A stretch of DNA of 63,154 bases, filler included, from Craspedostauros australis (Eukaryota): assembly GCA_030167865.1 (NCBI GenBank). It is 5 parts of 5 records of this genome, joined end to end, with 100 filler letters (N's around TTAATTAATTAA, not from the genome) between each part and the next. Parts side by side here need not be neighbours in the genome. Positions count along the whole stretch, not along the records: positions 1 to 22,390 come from JALAGF010001420.1; 4 more parts are not named here. One strand, given 5' to 3'. Shown here piece after piece: positions 1-12,523 of the stretch. The first letter of the stretch is position 1. Each line of letters starts with the position of its first letter. Below the pieces are notes generated by a model. The model ran no database searches. It saw nothing but the letters and a program-made list of their open reading frames with translations, and had not been told where the DNA came from. A program made the translations under genes and the position numbers.

Positions 1-825
1 GTTTGCCAAGTTTCATCTGAATTGAAGGTCCAAAATCAAAGAATCCTGGAGGGACCGCACCGCTATTGACTCACACGGGTCATAAGTATGTGTTGTGAGT
101 GGGAATGGATCCTCGGATCCAGGGGTGGTGGGTGCATCCTATCGATGTGCTACCTCCAAGTGCGAGTGTGTACCAATGCGCAATCCCATCTCACACAATG
201 ATTCGCGTTCACGCCACTTCGAGTGTGGCACATATTGAAAATACTCGCTACTCATTGGAGGCATGGTAGCTGGAGTCGACTAAAGACAGAGGAGAGGAGA
301 GGATCCTCGTACACAAGATATCATAAAAAATGAACAACAGCAACAACACTGCCAACAGCAAGAATCACGCCACCGCCATTGCTGCCATCTTTCTCGTTTG
401 GGGCGCTCTGTCTCCAGCCGCACCAATACTGTTTCCAGAGTATCATCCGCCCACGCAGTGCCACATTCGTGCACCGTATCCATCTTACTCCGGCTAGCGA
501 CTTCCCCAAGCGCAAGAGACCATCATCTCACTGACGGTAAGAAGTGCTTGACTGTATTTGCGACTGGGCCTTCGACCGTACACTTTCGACTGCGACTTCC
601 GACTTCAACTTCCCTCTCAAGTCCGACAACTTCGGCGTCTGGCTGTTGCGATCTTCACCAACAATCTCACACGCCCTCATACACACACCCTCCTGCGTAC
701 CCTCCTACAGAAGGTGCCAGGCATCATACTTGCTTGCATACTCGATTGCCACATATCAGAGTAGAGCATAGTGTAGAGTACTCTCCGATTCACACCATCA
801 TCATATCTGGGACAGCTACACAAAG

Positions 826-2760
826 ATGACATCAAAGCCAACGATGAAAGCGACGATGACGCCGTCTTTCCTGTTGGAAACCCCGCTGTTTCGCACAATC
901 CTCTTCCATCCGAAGCTCGCCTTGATCTTCACTCCCATTGGCGATGCCATCGTGTCTGTGCGAAGGAGGCTCGCACCAACATTCCAATTCAGGTTGTTAC
1001 CGAAATGGCTCAGCAAGTTGAAGAGCAACCCGGCTCTCGCACCGATCCTGCAGCTCCTGGACTGGACGGTAGGTCAGGTCCTACTCGTCGCGCCGCTCAT
1101 CTTGGCATTCATCCTGTGCCTGCGCTGCACGGTTGGAAGCGACGAGAACAAAAGCGAGTCAGAGTCCGGCGTGCTGGCTTTGGTGGGAATCGTGTACGTG
1201 TTCATGACGGCTAGCAAGACCAACTCAATCTTCGCCCTCATATGCGGTGTTCCAGTCGACAGGCTGGTGACTATCCATCGACTCTCGGCATTGGTCGCTG
1301 TTGCGATGTCCATCTGCCACTTGGCCGTCTCCTATGACAAACGGTCGGTGCCGGGACGTGGGGACAGCAGTGATTCGCACGACCAAGTAGTGCAGGAACA
1401 AGGACAGCTCGTTGAGGCCAAACAGCCGCTGTTTGAGTTTCTATTCCAACGCAACGCGACGAACACGTCCGGCTCCATCGTCCTCCTCTTCATGATGATC
1501 CTCGTAGCCACGAGTTACTTCGGCAGCACACTCCGGACGTATGCCTACCAGACATGGTACACATTGCACATGCTACTTCCGACCGGTATACTCTGTGGTA
1601 TGATCATCCATGACCACATTGGCGGCTTGCTCTTGCTCATCCTAGTCTGGTGGGTCATGGACCTGGCATTCCGCTACGCTTTGCCAGGGTACCGCGGCAA
1701 CGCTTGCGCAGATGCGAAGCTGCGGGTGATCGGTGCGCACGCCTGTGACAGCAGCCATAAGGACCCAGGCTCATGTGCGAAAAGGCAACAAGAGCCACCG
1801 TATGTGCCAGTGGTCGAGATCGTGATCCATCCCAAACCATTCGACTACATGCCAGGGCAGTTCATCAAGATTTGCGTCCCAGTCATTAGCGCATTCGAGT
1901 ACCATTCCGTCTCCATCTCCTCTGCGCCACAGGACTTGGACGGGTTGACAGTGCACATCTCTGCGCTTGGCGACTGGACTCGCAAGGTCTTGGAGCTAGC
2001 GAAATCTAACGACCAAACGAAGGTGTGGTTGGAGGGTCCGTACGGTGCCCTGTCTTTCGATCTGGGATCGCGCATCGGAAAGACCATCGACATGGGAACG
2101 ACAACTGTCCTTGATGACAGGAGTGGCTCATCGAAGGTGGCTGTACCATCGCCCGCCCCCGCTACTTCCTCAACGCATCGCCCGAAGGTGTTTGTGTTGG
2201 TGAGCGGCGGAATCGGGGTCGCGCCATGCCGATCGCTCGGCCGGTACCTGATGCACCAACACCATGTAACTGGCGAGGAGTTCAAATCAATCAAGTTCAT
2301 CTGGGCGGTGCGAAGCTCGCAGATGTGCAAGGACTTACCGCCGTTGGAGCCGCCAGAGGACCACCATGATGCTGCCATTCAAAGCGCAGAGACCGGCGAC
2401 GGAGAAGACTCTCTGACGATCGGATCCAAGGGCGAGGTAAGCGTGGACATCTATTGCACAAGATCGATGCAGAAGACTAACATGCAGTCTCAACGACCGT
2501 GGCGATCTTGCACTACGACCATGACGATGCATGAGGGACGTCCTAATCTGGATGCCATCATCCAACAGGCGCAGAAGGAGGCAACAGAAGTGCACGGCGA
2601 GACGACCATTGCTGTCCTAGGTTGTGGACCACTATCTCTGATGAAAGATTTGGAGGCCAGCTGCAATGCGCATGGTGCAGCGGCGTTCCGTCCCTGCGGC
2701 CTTGGCGATGGCGCCAAGTCAGTCTTTATCAACCTCCACATCGAGTCATTTGACATGTGA
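826..2760 (+). CDS. Ferric reductase / NADPH oxidase-like flavocytochrome (transmembrane heme domain + FAD- and NADPH-binding domains)
   Basis: 644-aa ORF. TM helices carry paired His (IHRLS...ICHL; TLHML...IIHDH). Also PGQF and FAD motif YHSVSISS, EGPYG, NADPH motif SGGIGVAP, GCGP and C-terminal LHIESF. Confidence 0.9.
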   Translation: MTSKPTMKATMTPSFLLETPLFRTILFHPKLALIFTPIGDAIVSVRRRLAPTFQFRLLPKWLSKLKSNPALAPILQLLDWTVGQVLLVAPLILAFILCLRCTVGSDENKSESESGVLALVGIVYVFMTASKTNSIFALICGVPVDRLVTIHRLSALVAVAMSICHLAVSYDKRSVPGRGDSSDSHDQVVQEQGQLVEAKQPLFEFLFQRNATNTSGSIVLLFMMILVATSYFGSTLRTYAYQTWYTLHMLLPTGILCGMIIHDHIGGLLLLILVWWVMDLAFRYALPGYRGNACADAKLRVIGAHACDSSHKDPGSCAKRQQEPPYVPVVEIVIHPKPFDYMPGQFIKICVPVISAFEYHSVSISSAPQDLDGLTVHISALGDWTRKVLELAKSNDQTKVWLEGPYGALSFDLGSRIGKTIDMGTTTVLDDRSGSSKVAVPSPAPATSSTHRPKVFVLVSGGIGVAPCRSLGRYLMHQHHVTGEEFKSIKFIWAVRSSQMCKDLPPLEPPEDHHDAAIQSAETGDGEDSLTIGSKGEVSVDIYCTRSMQKTNMQSQRPWRSCTTTMTMHEGRPNLDAIIQQAQKEATEVHGETTIAVLGCGPLSLMKDLEASCNAHGAAAFRPCGLGDGAKSVFINLHIESFDM

Positions 2761-4092
2761 GAATACTTCGTGTATCTGGGTGAAAGTCCGCACGCGGAAG
2801 ACTACGCGGACAGGCGTCGTGACGGGGTGCAACAATGAGATCTCCCACCAATAGCTCGTACACACTCCATTCAACTTTTTGCGGATTGGCCCACACCAAG
2901 CTGAAGATCGTGTGATACCTGCAGTAGAGTGATATACATATCATCGTGTCTTTGTATCAACACTTCGAACCCGATGCCTGTACCACAGCACCCCATAGGG
3001 ATGATTACGTGTCGGACGATAATCTTGGACTCTCGCGACATTCGTCTTGTTCCATTTGGAATGCTTGTGCTCCGGACATTCGAGATTGTCGCAGCAGGTC
3101 GCGGGAAACAGCAAATCGCGGATCACCAAATCATCAGCTGTTCATCGCAGGCATGTATAATGTAATATGAATTATTGGTTGCAATCGAAGCCCTACCATT
3201 GTACTTGAACCCAAGCTCTCTTCGATCAACAGTCGCCATCTTCATCATCGTCGTTGTCGTCTGCGTATTCGTTCGGGAGTTAAATCCATCCATCGATTCG
3301 TGCACTCAGCTAAATCTAACGCCGTCGCGTCTTCGCCAGTCAATCTGAAATCGTGTAGAGCACAACCAGATTCTCGCGCATATGCTTTGTATTCTTTTTG
3401 ACCGGGATGGTCACGACGTTCTTTTGGATACCCCAACGTGGGGCGATCCGGGGTGATCGCGGTGGAATACCTGGCCGAGATGACATCCATGGCCCTGCCC
3501 AGACTAGCGTAGGTCGTCGCAACGATGTCGTTCTGTTCGCAACAGTTGTATGGAGGTATCGACGTCGAAATCGAACAAAAAGGAATCGGTTTGGAATTTC
3601 TCGACGGCGATGGGCGCGACGGGCTTGTTGTATGGATTGTGCCGCAGCGTCTTCAGCGTTTCAATGTCCCGAAAGTGTTTGGCGTGAAAGCCGATGACTC
3701 CGGCGTTCTTCACGGCGTTGGCTTCGCTCAATTCGGGCAGGGTCAGCCAGGTCCCACGGTAGCGTTGACATTGTGCCCCATGACTTTGTGGCTCAGTCCG
3801 GCCTGAAGGGTCGGCTTGTGCTGATCAATGGATCGTGGCAGGAGCCGCTCGTTGGAAGGACCAGCACCGCTATGAACGCTTCCAAGATGCATGGTGTCGT
3901 GCCCAAAAGTGATGGGGGGTGGAGTGCTGTCCGGACCTACTTCGATGAACCAAAAGCCCATGGCAGACCGACTCCAATTTGCTCTGCAAGCCATCCGTAA
4001 TCGTAGTTCCAGACTCCAGGATCGTTTACCCACCAAAAGGTCGGAAAGTACATCGAGTGCATATCCGTAGAGCATCCAAGAATACTCGCCTC

Positions 4093-4782
4093 TTAGAGCA
4101 CAAAGCAACCACCAAGGTCTGCTGCGTACGTGAAGTATGTGGAAAAGAAATGGAACGCACCAGCCATCTTCAATTTTGCCGGAGGCAGCTCATCCAGATC
4201 TTCAACTTTCGCATCCTGCAATGTAACGGACAGCGTTCGGCATTCATCCGGCGACACCCAGAAGCCGTCGTTGTTTTGCAAGGCACGCTCAATGGAACAA
4301 CCTTCCACGGCCTTGACGCAGCTCTCTTTGTGGATTTTCTTCCAGTGCCTCGCCTGGCAGTCGCGTGAGCAGTACTTGACGAATTTGCATTTCGAGCATT
4401 GCAGCGATGCCATCTTGGTGCAGTTGGCGCATCGGTCGAAGTGGGGTGTCGGCATCGCGCTCAGGCCTTGTCCCATCATCGCTGCCATGGCCGGTGGGAT
4501 GACTACGTCGTCTTCCGGTTGCCACTCTTCACCCATGAACATCTCGTAGTTGTCGTCGTTGGGACGCAACGGCCGTTTGCCATCCAGAGACGCAGAGAAT
4601 ACGGACGCGTCCAGCTGCTGACGCAGAAGCCGCAGCACATGCTTCCATTGATCATCACTTGCGGATCCCGCCAACGGTTTGTGCAGCGGCGATGACCCCT
4701 GGTGGATGGGGCCCGAGTCCTCCATGAACTTGGCGCGCGTCACTTTGGACGGGTACTGCACTGACAGCAGGAGGAACGTCAT
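4093..4782 (-). CDS. MYND-type zinc finger protein
   Basis: CANC-x7-CSKC-x4-YCSRDCQARHWKKIHKESC is a canonical MYND finger. Start is placed at ATG 4782 (MTFLLL); the ORF is open to 4986. Confidence 0.8.
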   Translation of the reverse strand: MTFLLLSVQYPSKVTRAKFMEDSGPIHQGSSPLHKPLAGSASDDQWKHVLRLLRQQLDASVFSASLDGKRPLRPNDDNYEMFMGEEWQPEDDVVIPPAMAAMMGQGLSAMPTPHFDRCANCTKMASLQCSKCKFVKYCSRDCQARHWKKIHKESCVKAVEGCSIERALQNNDGFWVSPDECRTLSVTLQDAKVEDLDELPPAKLKMAGAFHFFSTYFTYAADLGGCFVL

Positions 4783-5379
4783 GGTGATGTGCTGATGCCG
4801 TGCCGTGGTAATGCTCAACGCAAAGCAAACCCGATGAGGTATGATAGTTGAGCAGAGGGAAGCAATACGGTTTGGTGCGATGTCGTGTGGTGTTGTCGTT
4901 GTCGTTGTCGTCGAGGATCGCGATGTAACACGACGTGATGTGTCCGCGCGAACCCCTTCAGAACCGAAACGAGATGTTGGCGCCATTTCGTGGATCTCTG
5001 GTGGTTCTGTTCTGGTCGACCAACCAGACTCACCGATCTGTCTCAGTTGATCGAAATCGGTTGGTGGGAGGTCTGTGGGGTGACGAGAGTGTGCTCTACT
5101 TGCATAGCCAGCTATTGTGCGGGTATCGCAATACGAGGCACTATTTTGACTACATGCTATGATATAATATAATATTGTGGTGCACTAAAACATCATATCA
5201 TACAATGCATTTGTATAATGGCACACTGTCCTACCATACCGTGCTATACATACTATTACATCTCCAAAGGGGAGAGAGAGAGAGAAAAAGCAGAGCCACC
5301 GAGTCGCAACGAGCTACTAGTACATGCAAGGTTGCTATACTTCCTATAGCAATTATTGGTGTGCTGCATCTACTCGAAT

Positions 5380-7680
5380 CTACTTGGATGGCAGTAGATG
5401 GTTCTTCACAATGCTGCACGCTGTTTGCATCGAAGTTGCGTCATGGACGATCGTCTGCTCTGGCTTTGCCCACACTTCCCAGCTGTAGTATCTTGCCAGC
5501 GGGATGTTCTCGTGCGCACCCAAATGGGGAAGCTTGTAGTGGTGGAAACGGAGCTCCTTCCACGGGTCCAGGCGTTTCGTGATGCCCGTCGCGTCGTCAA
5601 CATCAAACCTCATGCCGCTTTCTCTATCGGCCTCGCTGGGCTTTCCGTGGACGATGTGGTGCACCGAAAAGTAGGATACGCGAGACGGTCGGATCAGCAG
5701 TTTCTGCCGCTGGAAAGTCCGAATGATGGGCGTGATGTCGCGCCGCCATTCGAAATCGCAGATTGAAATGTTGCTTTGCATCGGCACCTCAGAATTGAAC
5801 AGAGACGCAGAATCATTCGGGGTATTCCTTGGTAGGTTGCTTGCCGATCTTCGCAGCGGAGTCGGCGCATTTGGATCAATCGCTGCTTCGCCGGCGGGGT
5901 GCCGCCCATAGAACGTGTTGGACATCGCCAACCCTGCCACCTTCCGTGGATCGTCTGCGTTCATCACGTACTCGTCATACACGCGCAGCAGTGCGATGAA
6001 TCGCTGAGATGGTCTCGTGTTGTTTCCGCACAGACCATCGCCGAACATGTCTCGATTGTACATGCCTTCATCCATACCGACGCCGTGTGTGAGTCTGTAC
6101 CACGGTGCCGAGATCCATCGGTTCCATGTGTATGTTCCTCGTGACGGTGTTGGGAGGATTTGCGGCTTTGCGTCGTTCTGCATCGGGCAAGGAGGGATGA
6201 ATATGAATTCATCGACGTCCATCATGGCAATCCATTCCTTGATGACCATCACCTCGCCGACGTTTTGGGTGCGTGGGTTCTTGACGACATGGCCATCGTA
6301 CGGTTGAAGGCGATACAGGATATCATTCTGCTGTGCTTGCTGGAAGAAGAAGGGTATTTCTGGTATGTCTAAGCCAAATGGGATGTACGTGATGTAAGGC
6401 CTTCGATACAGAGTATCATCATGCTGAAGATGGTGCGCGCTCACGGCACCGCTGTCATTCAGATACACGAAGAAATGGCGCATCCCAAGAACCAATCGGT
6501 GATACTCCACCCACTGGGCCACAGCATCGCGCACAGGTATGCCCTGTATCATCGTTGCCGCGGCGATGAAGGTATTCTCTTTCGTCGTCGTTGTTGTTGT
6601 TGTTGTTGTTCGTGTTGTTAATATTGAGGATGGCATGGACGATGCTTCATGCGGCGCGTTTACGAATGAAAGCCACTCTTGCTGATAGTGCTGCATTGCT
6701 TGCGTCACAGGATGGCCCAGCGTTTGGCATTCCCACCATTCCTCAAGATCTTTCCACATCACGTGGCCCCGTTGTGTGTTGACATCAATACGACTCCTTT
6801 TACGCCCGCGTCTACGTGTGCGCCCACCACTGCTGCCATCGTGATGGCCATCGTCAAAATAAGGAAGCATCACATCAGCGCGAACACGTTGGAGCTTTTC
6901 GTCCTTCAATGGGGGGCACTCCACAACCAAAGAATGCCGTCGATGTTCGAGCGGTATTGGTGGCAAAGGTTCGCTTCCGATCGTCTTTGCTTCGCGTCCG
7001 TTGCACGTCCAAGTTCCTCGATACCAGCGCAGGTAGTCATCGTCCGACAGATCGTTGAGTGTAAAGATTATCCTCGTTTGATACATGATAGCATGTGTAT
7101 TGTGCGTCTCGACGGGCGTTGGATGTACCAGGACGGCCGTAGCAAGGATGGGAACGCCTTGTTGATACCACTCGTTGATGATGGATGGTGGCAAGACGAG
7201 CATGCAGTGGGACATGTCCAACGATGGTCGCTGCGCAGGTGGCATCGATCTTTCGTATTCGTCGATGGCTGTGCGTATTGAGTACTCGTAGGAGTGGGTG
7301 TGAGCAAGCGCAGCACGCTCCAACGTAGAATGTTCATCCGAAGCGAAGAAAGAACGACGCTTCGTCTTTGATCCAATGCTTGTATTGATCACTGGAATGT
7401 TGGGATCTTGCGGTGGCGGTCTATCGAAGGTCCCGGGCTCGAAGGACGCGGATATTTTGGAGACCGCAGCGGAGTACAGTACTGCCATTATCGTCGCGGT
7501 CGCAATCGCTGTTGTCAACAAGATAACTTGTACTGACTTCCTCCTCGGTTGGTTTGGCAAGCGACCGCGCGGCTTCTTCGCACTCTGATTGTGCCGACAG
7601 ATCCTCGCACGTGGCGGTTGCATGCTGTCCGCATGATGAATGGGCGGTGCGTTTGCTTCCGATTTGGTTTGTGTCGACAT
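5380..7680 (-). CDS. Type II membrane glycosyltransferase, GT92/DUF23-like (GT-A fold)
   Basis: N-terminal TM (VILLTTAIATATIMAVLYSAAV), QWVEYHRLVLGMRHFFVYLND, DxD motif WIAMMDVDEFIF, late VHH and HHYK motifs. Start estimated at MSTQTK (7680); the ORF is open to 8034. Confidence 0.8.
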   Translation of the reverse strand: MSTQTKSEANAPPIHHADSMQPPRARICRHNQSAKKPRGRLPNQPRRKSVQVILLTTAIATATIMAVLYSAAVSKISASFEPGTFDRPPPQDPNIPVINTSIGSKTKRRSFFASDEHSTLERAALAHTHSYEYSIRTAIDEYERSMPPAQRPSLDMSHCMLVLPPSIINEWYQQGVPILATAVLVHPTPVETHNTHAIMYQTRIIFTLNDLSDDDYLRWYRGTWTCNGREAKTIGSEPLPPIPLEHRRHSLVVECPPLKDEKLQRVRADVMLPYFDDGHHDGSSGGRTRRRGRKRSRIDVNTQRGHVMWKDLEEWWECQTLGHPVTQAMQHYQQEWLSFVNAPHEASSMPSSILTTRTTTTTTTTTKENTFIAAATMIQGIPVRDAVAQWVEYHRLVLGMRHFFVYLNDSGAVSAHHLQHDDTLYRRPYITYIPFGLDIPEIPFFFQQAQQNDILYRLQPYDGHVVKNPRTQNVGEVMVIKEWIAMMDVDEFIFIPPCPMQNDAKPQILPTPSRGTYTWNRWISAPWYRLTHGVGMDEGMYNRDMFGDGLCGNNTRPSQRFIALLRVYDEYVMNADDPRKVAGLAMSNTFYGRHPAGEAAIDPNAPTPLRRSASNLPRNTPNDSASLFNSEVPMQSNISICDFEWRRDITPIIRTFQRQKLLIRPSRVSYFSVHHIVHGKPSEADRESGMRFDVDDATGITKRLDPWKELRFHHYKLPHLGAHENIPLARYYSWEVWAKPEQTIVHDATSMQTACSIVKNHLLPSK

Positions 7681-8883
7681 AGAATGCGCAGCTCTCTTCT
7701 TGAGGTTGGGATGGGCTTTGCCTGAACCGAAACGGTCATGGAGAGCGGCAGCGGCGGTGGGAGTGCCAGTACTACCAGCAGCAGTCTCAGCACCAGCAGC
7801 GCTTTGACCCACCATCCAATGTTTCGAGGCCCCTTTTGGAGGACCAATGCTGAAGTGTTGGTACGAGTCGGCTGATAGATTATTATTTTGCTGGGCAAAT
7901 ATTATGTACGTAGGGTATGCTATCCAAGGACTAGAGTGCTCCTCTCGTCTGATACGTATGCTTGTACCATACGCATGCATAGGACCCCCGATGAGTATGG
8001 ATCTCTGCTTGACTGCGTCCAAGAGCAATGGCACCCGATTCTATTCCAAAGCCATCACAGGTCCGTCCTCGACCCACCCTCATTGCGCAGCATCTCCATT
8101 TTGTTTGTGCTGACAATTACCCTCACTGCGCAAATGGTTGCGCAAACGCGATCGCTCGCCTGTTCGTGGTGTGTCAGTTGTGCCTGTTCCGCCTGTTTCT
8201 TCGTTGATTCACGATTGATGAGGTACCCGTGACTCCATGTTGGAGGGAGCGCGTTGTGATGACTCGCGCGATTTGAGTTGATACGGGAGTCAATGTACGA
8301 TACCGAATCCCGAAAACAAGAAAAGGCGGCTTTGTGTTGGTGTTGGTGGTTGGTTGCGGAAGGCGAAAGATGATTTCGTCGCGCGCAAGATGGCGCGGTG
8401 GACGGACGATGTCATGTCATGTCGCGTCACACGAATGATGAGAGATTGGTGGATTCCTCCATCTCGCAGAAGGTGGTGGAGGTCCTCGTATTGGTAACGG
8501 CAGTATTGGTATTAGTATTGGTATTCGTAGATCGTAGATCATAATAGATCGCAGGAACCAACATCCAGGTCGTACTCCGCGCGCAGAAATCCTCCGCCAC
8601 AGTGGTGGGAAAGGAACAAACAACAACTCCACTCTCCAGCCCACGCTTGCGGCATTGTCCGAGTTCCCCGAGTTCCCCCACTCACCATTCCCTCCGCTTC
8701 AGCAGGAGCGTCGCCATTGTCGCACCAGCGTTAGTATCACCTGCAACGGCGACGAGGTCAGCAACCACGCTGGCAAGAGCATCAGTCGGAGTCACGGCGA
8801 ACACTCCCGGACGCGAATTTGCAATCACCCTCCGCGACGAATGAGAGCAATTGCAAGCCATTCGTACTCAAACTCGCACGAAG

Positions 8884-11800
8884 ATGACGGGCAACGCGCC
8901 ACTACGATCGACGGCACCCCAGGCTTCGATGGCATCGACGGCGGCGGGACGACCGGGTGAGGAAGGGGCACAAGCCAAGCAGTACTTCCAGGCGATGTTT
9001 GCCTCCACGCACATGCTGCACAGAATATCCAAATCCATGTCCTTCTTCCCCAAAGACCACGAGATGGTCGTCGCCACATGGCTGGGATTCTGGGCTCTGC
9101 TGCACGTCACGTGCGCCAACTACGTGCTGACGCCCATACGGGATGCCGCGGCGCTGCAGGTGGGCGTCCGCCACATGCCCAACTTGACGCTGGCGAGCTC
9201 GGTGCTGGCCTTTCTGTCCAGCGTCCCCATCGGATGGCTCTTCGAGGCGCCCGATCCAAAGCGCCGCAAGGTGTGGAAGAAGATGGGCCTCACGAGAGGG
9301 GAGACGCAGGGCACGTCGTTGGCGCTGTTCTACCGATTCTTCGCGTTGTGCTTGATCTCGTACGCCATCGGCTTTTCTCTTGCGGAGTGGCTGCCGAAGC
9401 AGCTGGGTTGGACCGCAGCCGCAGACGCAGCAGAGACTTCGGCAGCGGCGTTTGCGCAATCTGCCAACAAAGTCAGTGATGGAACGGGCGGCAACATTGC
9501 AGAAGCATCGCAGGCGCCGCTGCAAATTCTTTGGGATTCATTGAAGGCCATGGCGGGGAGCGCAACGGCATCGTCATCATCCACAACACCCGATGCTTCC
9601 ATGTCAGTTGGTCCATCAATACACCAGCAGTTTGCAGATGCGCTGTACCAGACGGTCGCAATCGTATGGACAGAATGGGTTCCGTACATCATGGGGAGCT
9701 TCGGCCAGTCGTTGTACATCGCCTTCTTCCTGGTAGTCCATCTCATGAAATTGCATTCCCTGTCACTGGTGTGGGGTGTCACGACAGAAGCAATGGAATA
9801 CGAGGAGGTGGCCAGGGATCAGCAGCGACAGCGACAGTCCTCAAATTATGGTTTCCAATCCACCAGCACGTCCTCCTCCCTTTCGACACTCTCGCACAAT
9901 CAACAGCAACAGCAATCGCAGGAATCAGAAGAGCCAGAGGCAAAGCCAAAGTCCAAGACGAGGTTGCAGCGGTTGGGCTTCGTCGGATTCGGCGGCACGC
10001 TTGGTGGGATCTTGGGAAGGTACGTCGATCGAGCAAGAGCAATTGCGTGCTTGCTTGCTTGCTTGCTTTCCTCGTGTTGAACTTTGAGTATATGCGGTTA
10101 TCAATCTTTACGGTGGAACATTGAACACCCGACTCCACTGGCCCACCACATGGCCTCGTCAACTGGTTCCTTCCATACATGCTTGCGCGTGTGCTTGCGA
10201 GCTTGTGTCCCTGAATGAATATGAAGATGGGTGTAGGTATCGGGTATCGGCTATGTGTGTATCACAAGTGTATGGTACGGTTGCTCAGGAACATGAAGCT
10301 GAATCTGAAGACGAGCACAGCAGCCAAGGCCGAAGCAATCCCAGCGATGACGGGAACGCCAGTGATGATCATTGTATACCATATCGTGCTTGAATGGAAG
10401 ATGGACCAATTGATCTGGACACAGAGTATGGCACATGCTCGTGGAGTATGGTATGCCCACCCGCCGCGATCAGCCATCTGACGACCCGCTTTTGCCTCAT
10501 CACCTCCCAACCGACTGACCGATCCGAAAACCACGAAACAATCGAAACGTTGGTACGTATGACGCACCATGATATGGCATGGCATTTTCGGACTTCCCTG
10601 CTCTACCATATTTTACTGCTCATCAGCGTCCTTGCGTCGACAATGGCAAATGTGCTGCATCTGCCAGGACTCTTGATCCTCGCGGCGGTGCTGTTGGAAG
10701 TGTCCGCTCACCTGTCGATAGAACTCGGTCGGATCATGCAGCATCACTGGGAGGAACAGCAAGCTCTGTTCGTATCAACCACGGATCTTGCCAGTCTGGA
10801 CACTAGCATGAGACGAACCTCCAGCTTCGGCAGCATGAAACGAGTGGCGTCGGGGAACTCCATCATGCAGCTCAAACGAATCAACTCCTCGTCGACGTCT
10901 CTCAATGCCTTGAGCAATGCGAATGGCAGCGGAAGGTCACACGCATCCCACAGTTCTTCGCAGTCGCTCAGCGATCTTGCAAACTCGCCCGGCACGAATG
11001 CGTACAGAACTGATGGCGGCAATCCGTCTGGGATGGCATCAACCACGGCGACAGAATCGGCGCCGGCATTGTCAACAGCGGCATCGCCATCGATCCAGGC
11101 ACGGCAATCATCACTGTCGTCCTCATCGCTGCCATCACCATCTCCCGCTTCGCCGCAGATTCCGGACCCGCCAGCCGATGATAACACGTTCACGCAGCGA
11201 TTGATGCGCGGCATCACAACCATACTCAAATCCCGCTTGCTCATGGCCATCTTCACCTACAACGCGTTGTATGCATCGACCACGACCTTGCTCAGCTTCC
11301 AACGAGCGGCGCTGGTTGCCAACCGTAAGATCGCAACGGCCGCAAGTTCGTCGTCAGCATCAGCGTCGGTGTCTTCGGTCAATGCCGACACGGCGTTCCT
11401 TGCCAAGATCAACATGGCCAGCTCCGTAGCCATCTTCGTTATGCAGGCGAGCGGTCTCGGGGCGATCATAGCGCAGACCTGCGGAGCGCAAGGCGCCTTG
11501 GCGCTGATGCCGTTGGTACGGCTCATGGGCGTCGTCAGCTTGGCGTGGTGGCACAGGGCATCCGGTGGACACCCGCCAAATCTGATCCTCTTCCTCCTCC
11601 TCGACGAATGCACCAGAGTCATCAACATGGGCGTGGCGAAACCGGTACGCGAATCACTATGGCGGGGCTTATCCAATGAGGCACGGTACGAAGCCAAGCC
11701 GATCGTCGACACTCTCGCCAACAGATGGGGCGGCGGAAGCGCGGCCTTCATGGTCGCGATGATCAACAAGCTCATCATGTGGGTCGGAGCGCAGGAGGAA

Positions 11801-11998
11801 GACGCCGGCAGTGGAGAAGGCGTGGATGGTAGCAACGGCAGCGGCGGCTTCGTTGCCGTCACAGCGGACGTGGATATCCTCGGGTTCCCACCCGTGATCT
11901 TCCTCTGCCTCATCGTCGCTGTGTGGTGGGCTGTGGTGAGCGTGGATCTTGGACACGTTCGAAAGCGCATCGATCTGGAGCTCAAGAAGAGGCAGTAG
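8884..11998 (+). CDS. TLC/NTT-like nucleotide (ATP/ADP) transporter, MFS fold; 2 exons (8884-10019, 10627-11998)
   Basis: Motifs NYVLTPIRDAAA, LVWG, GFGGTLGGILG and AKPVRESLW...ARYEAKPIVDTLANRWG. The intron 10020-10626 (GTACGT...CATCAG) joins the two ORFs in frame (AG|C = Ser). Confidence 0.8.
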
Positions 11999-12523
11999 AA
12001 TTGTGATTCTATACAATAATACGATGGAGCAATAACACGCCGCATCTTAGGAGTACTGTGCTGAACTGGACTGTACTGTACTGTACTGCAGCACACGTGA
12101 TTCGTGGGGTGGCTTTACGTATTCGAACAGCTACTGACAGGATGCGGTGGGCGGCGATAGGAGGCCTGTGACACTTCTCAGTGCTCCTTGCGCTATTGGT
12201 GGGTGGGGCGCGATCAATCAGACAGGTTACCTTGATGTTGCCGGTGCACGGTATCACAAATCGCCCTTGTGCTCGTCTCCATTATCCAGGCTGGTCATGG
12301 CCGAGAGCGCCTGGGTTGGATCGTGCCTCTCATCCAGTTCATTCGCTGGAATGCGTTGTCAATCGAAGGGCAGTCATCATAGAACAATTCAGGGCCAGAG
12401 CAGAAGATGTTTGTATTTGTTCGGAAAGTCCAAAGAATCTAGTGGTTACTACTTCTTCGTCGTCTGAAGGGTGAGGGGAGCTGCTATCTGGTTCGGCGTG
12501 CCGAATCAAATATCAGGAATCCC

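Noticed and set aside
1..825. Iron-responsive promoter motif upstream of the ferric reductase-like gene
   Set aside because: No clear CACGTG-type element seen; only a short GCCAC…GTGGC inverted repeat, which is insufficient.
10394..10626. N-terminal part of the 534-aa ORF as an independent gene
   Set aside because: Falls in the predicted intron; the remainder is exon 2 of the transporter.
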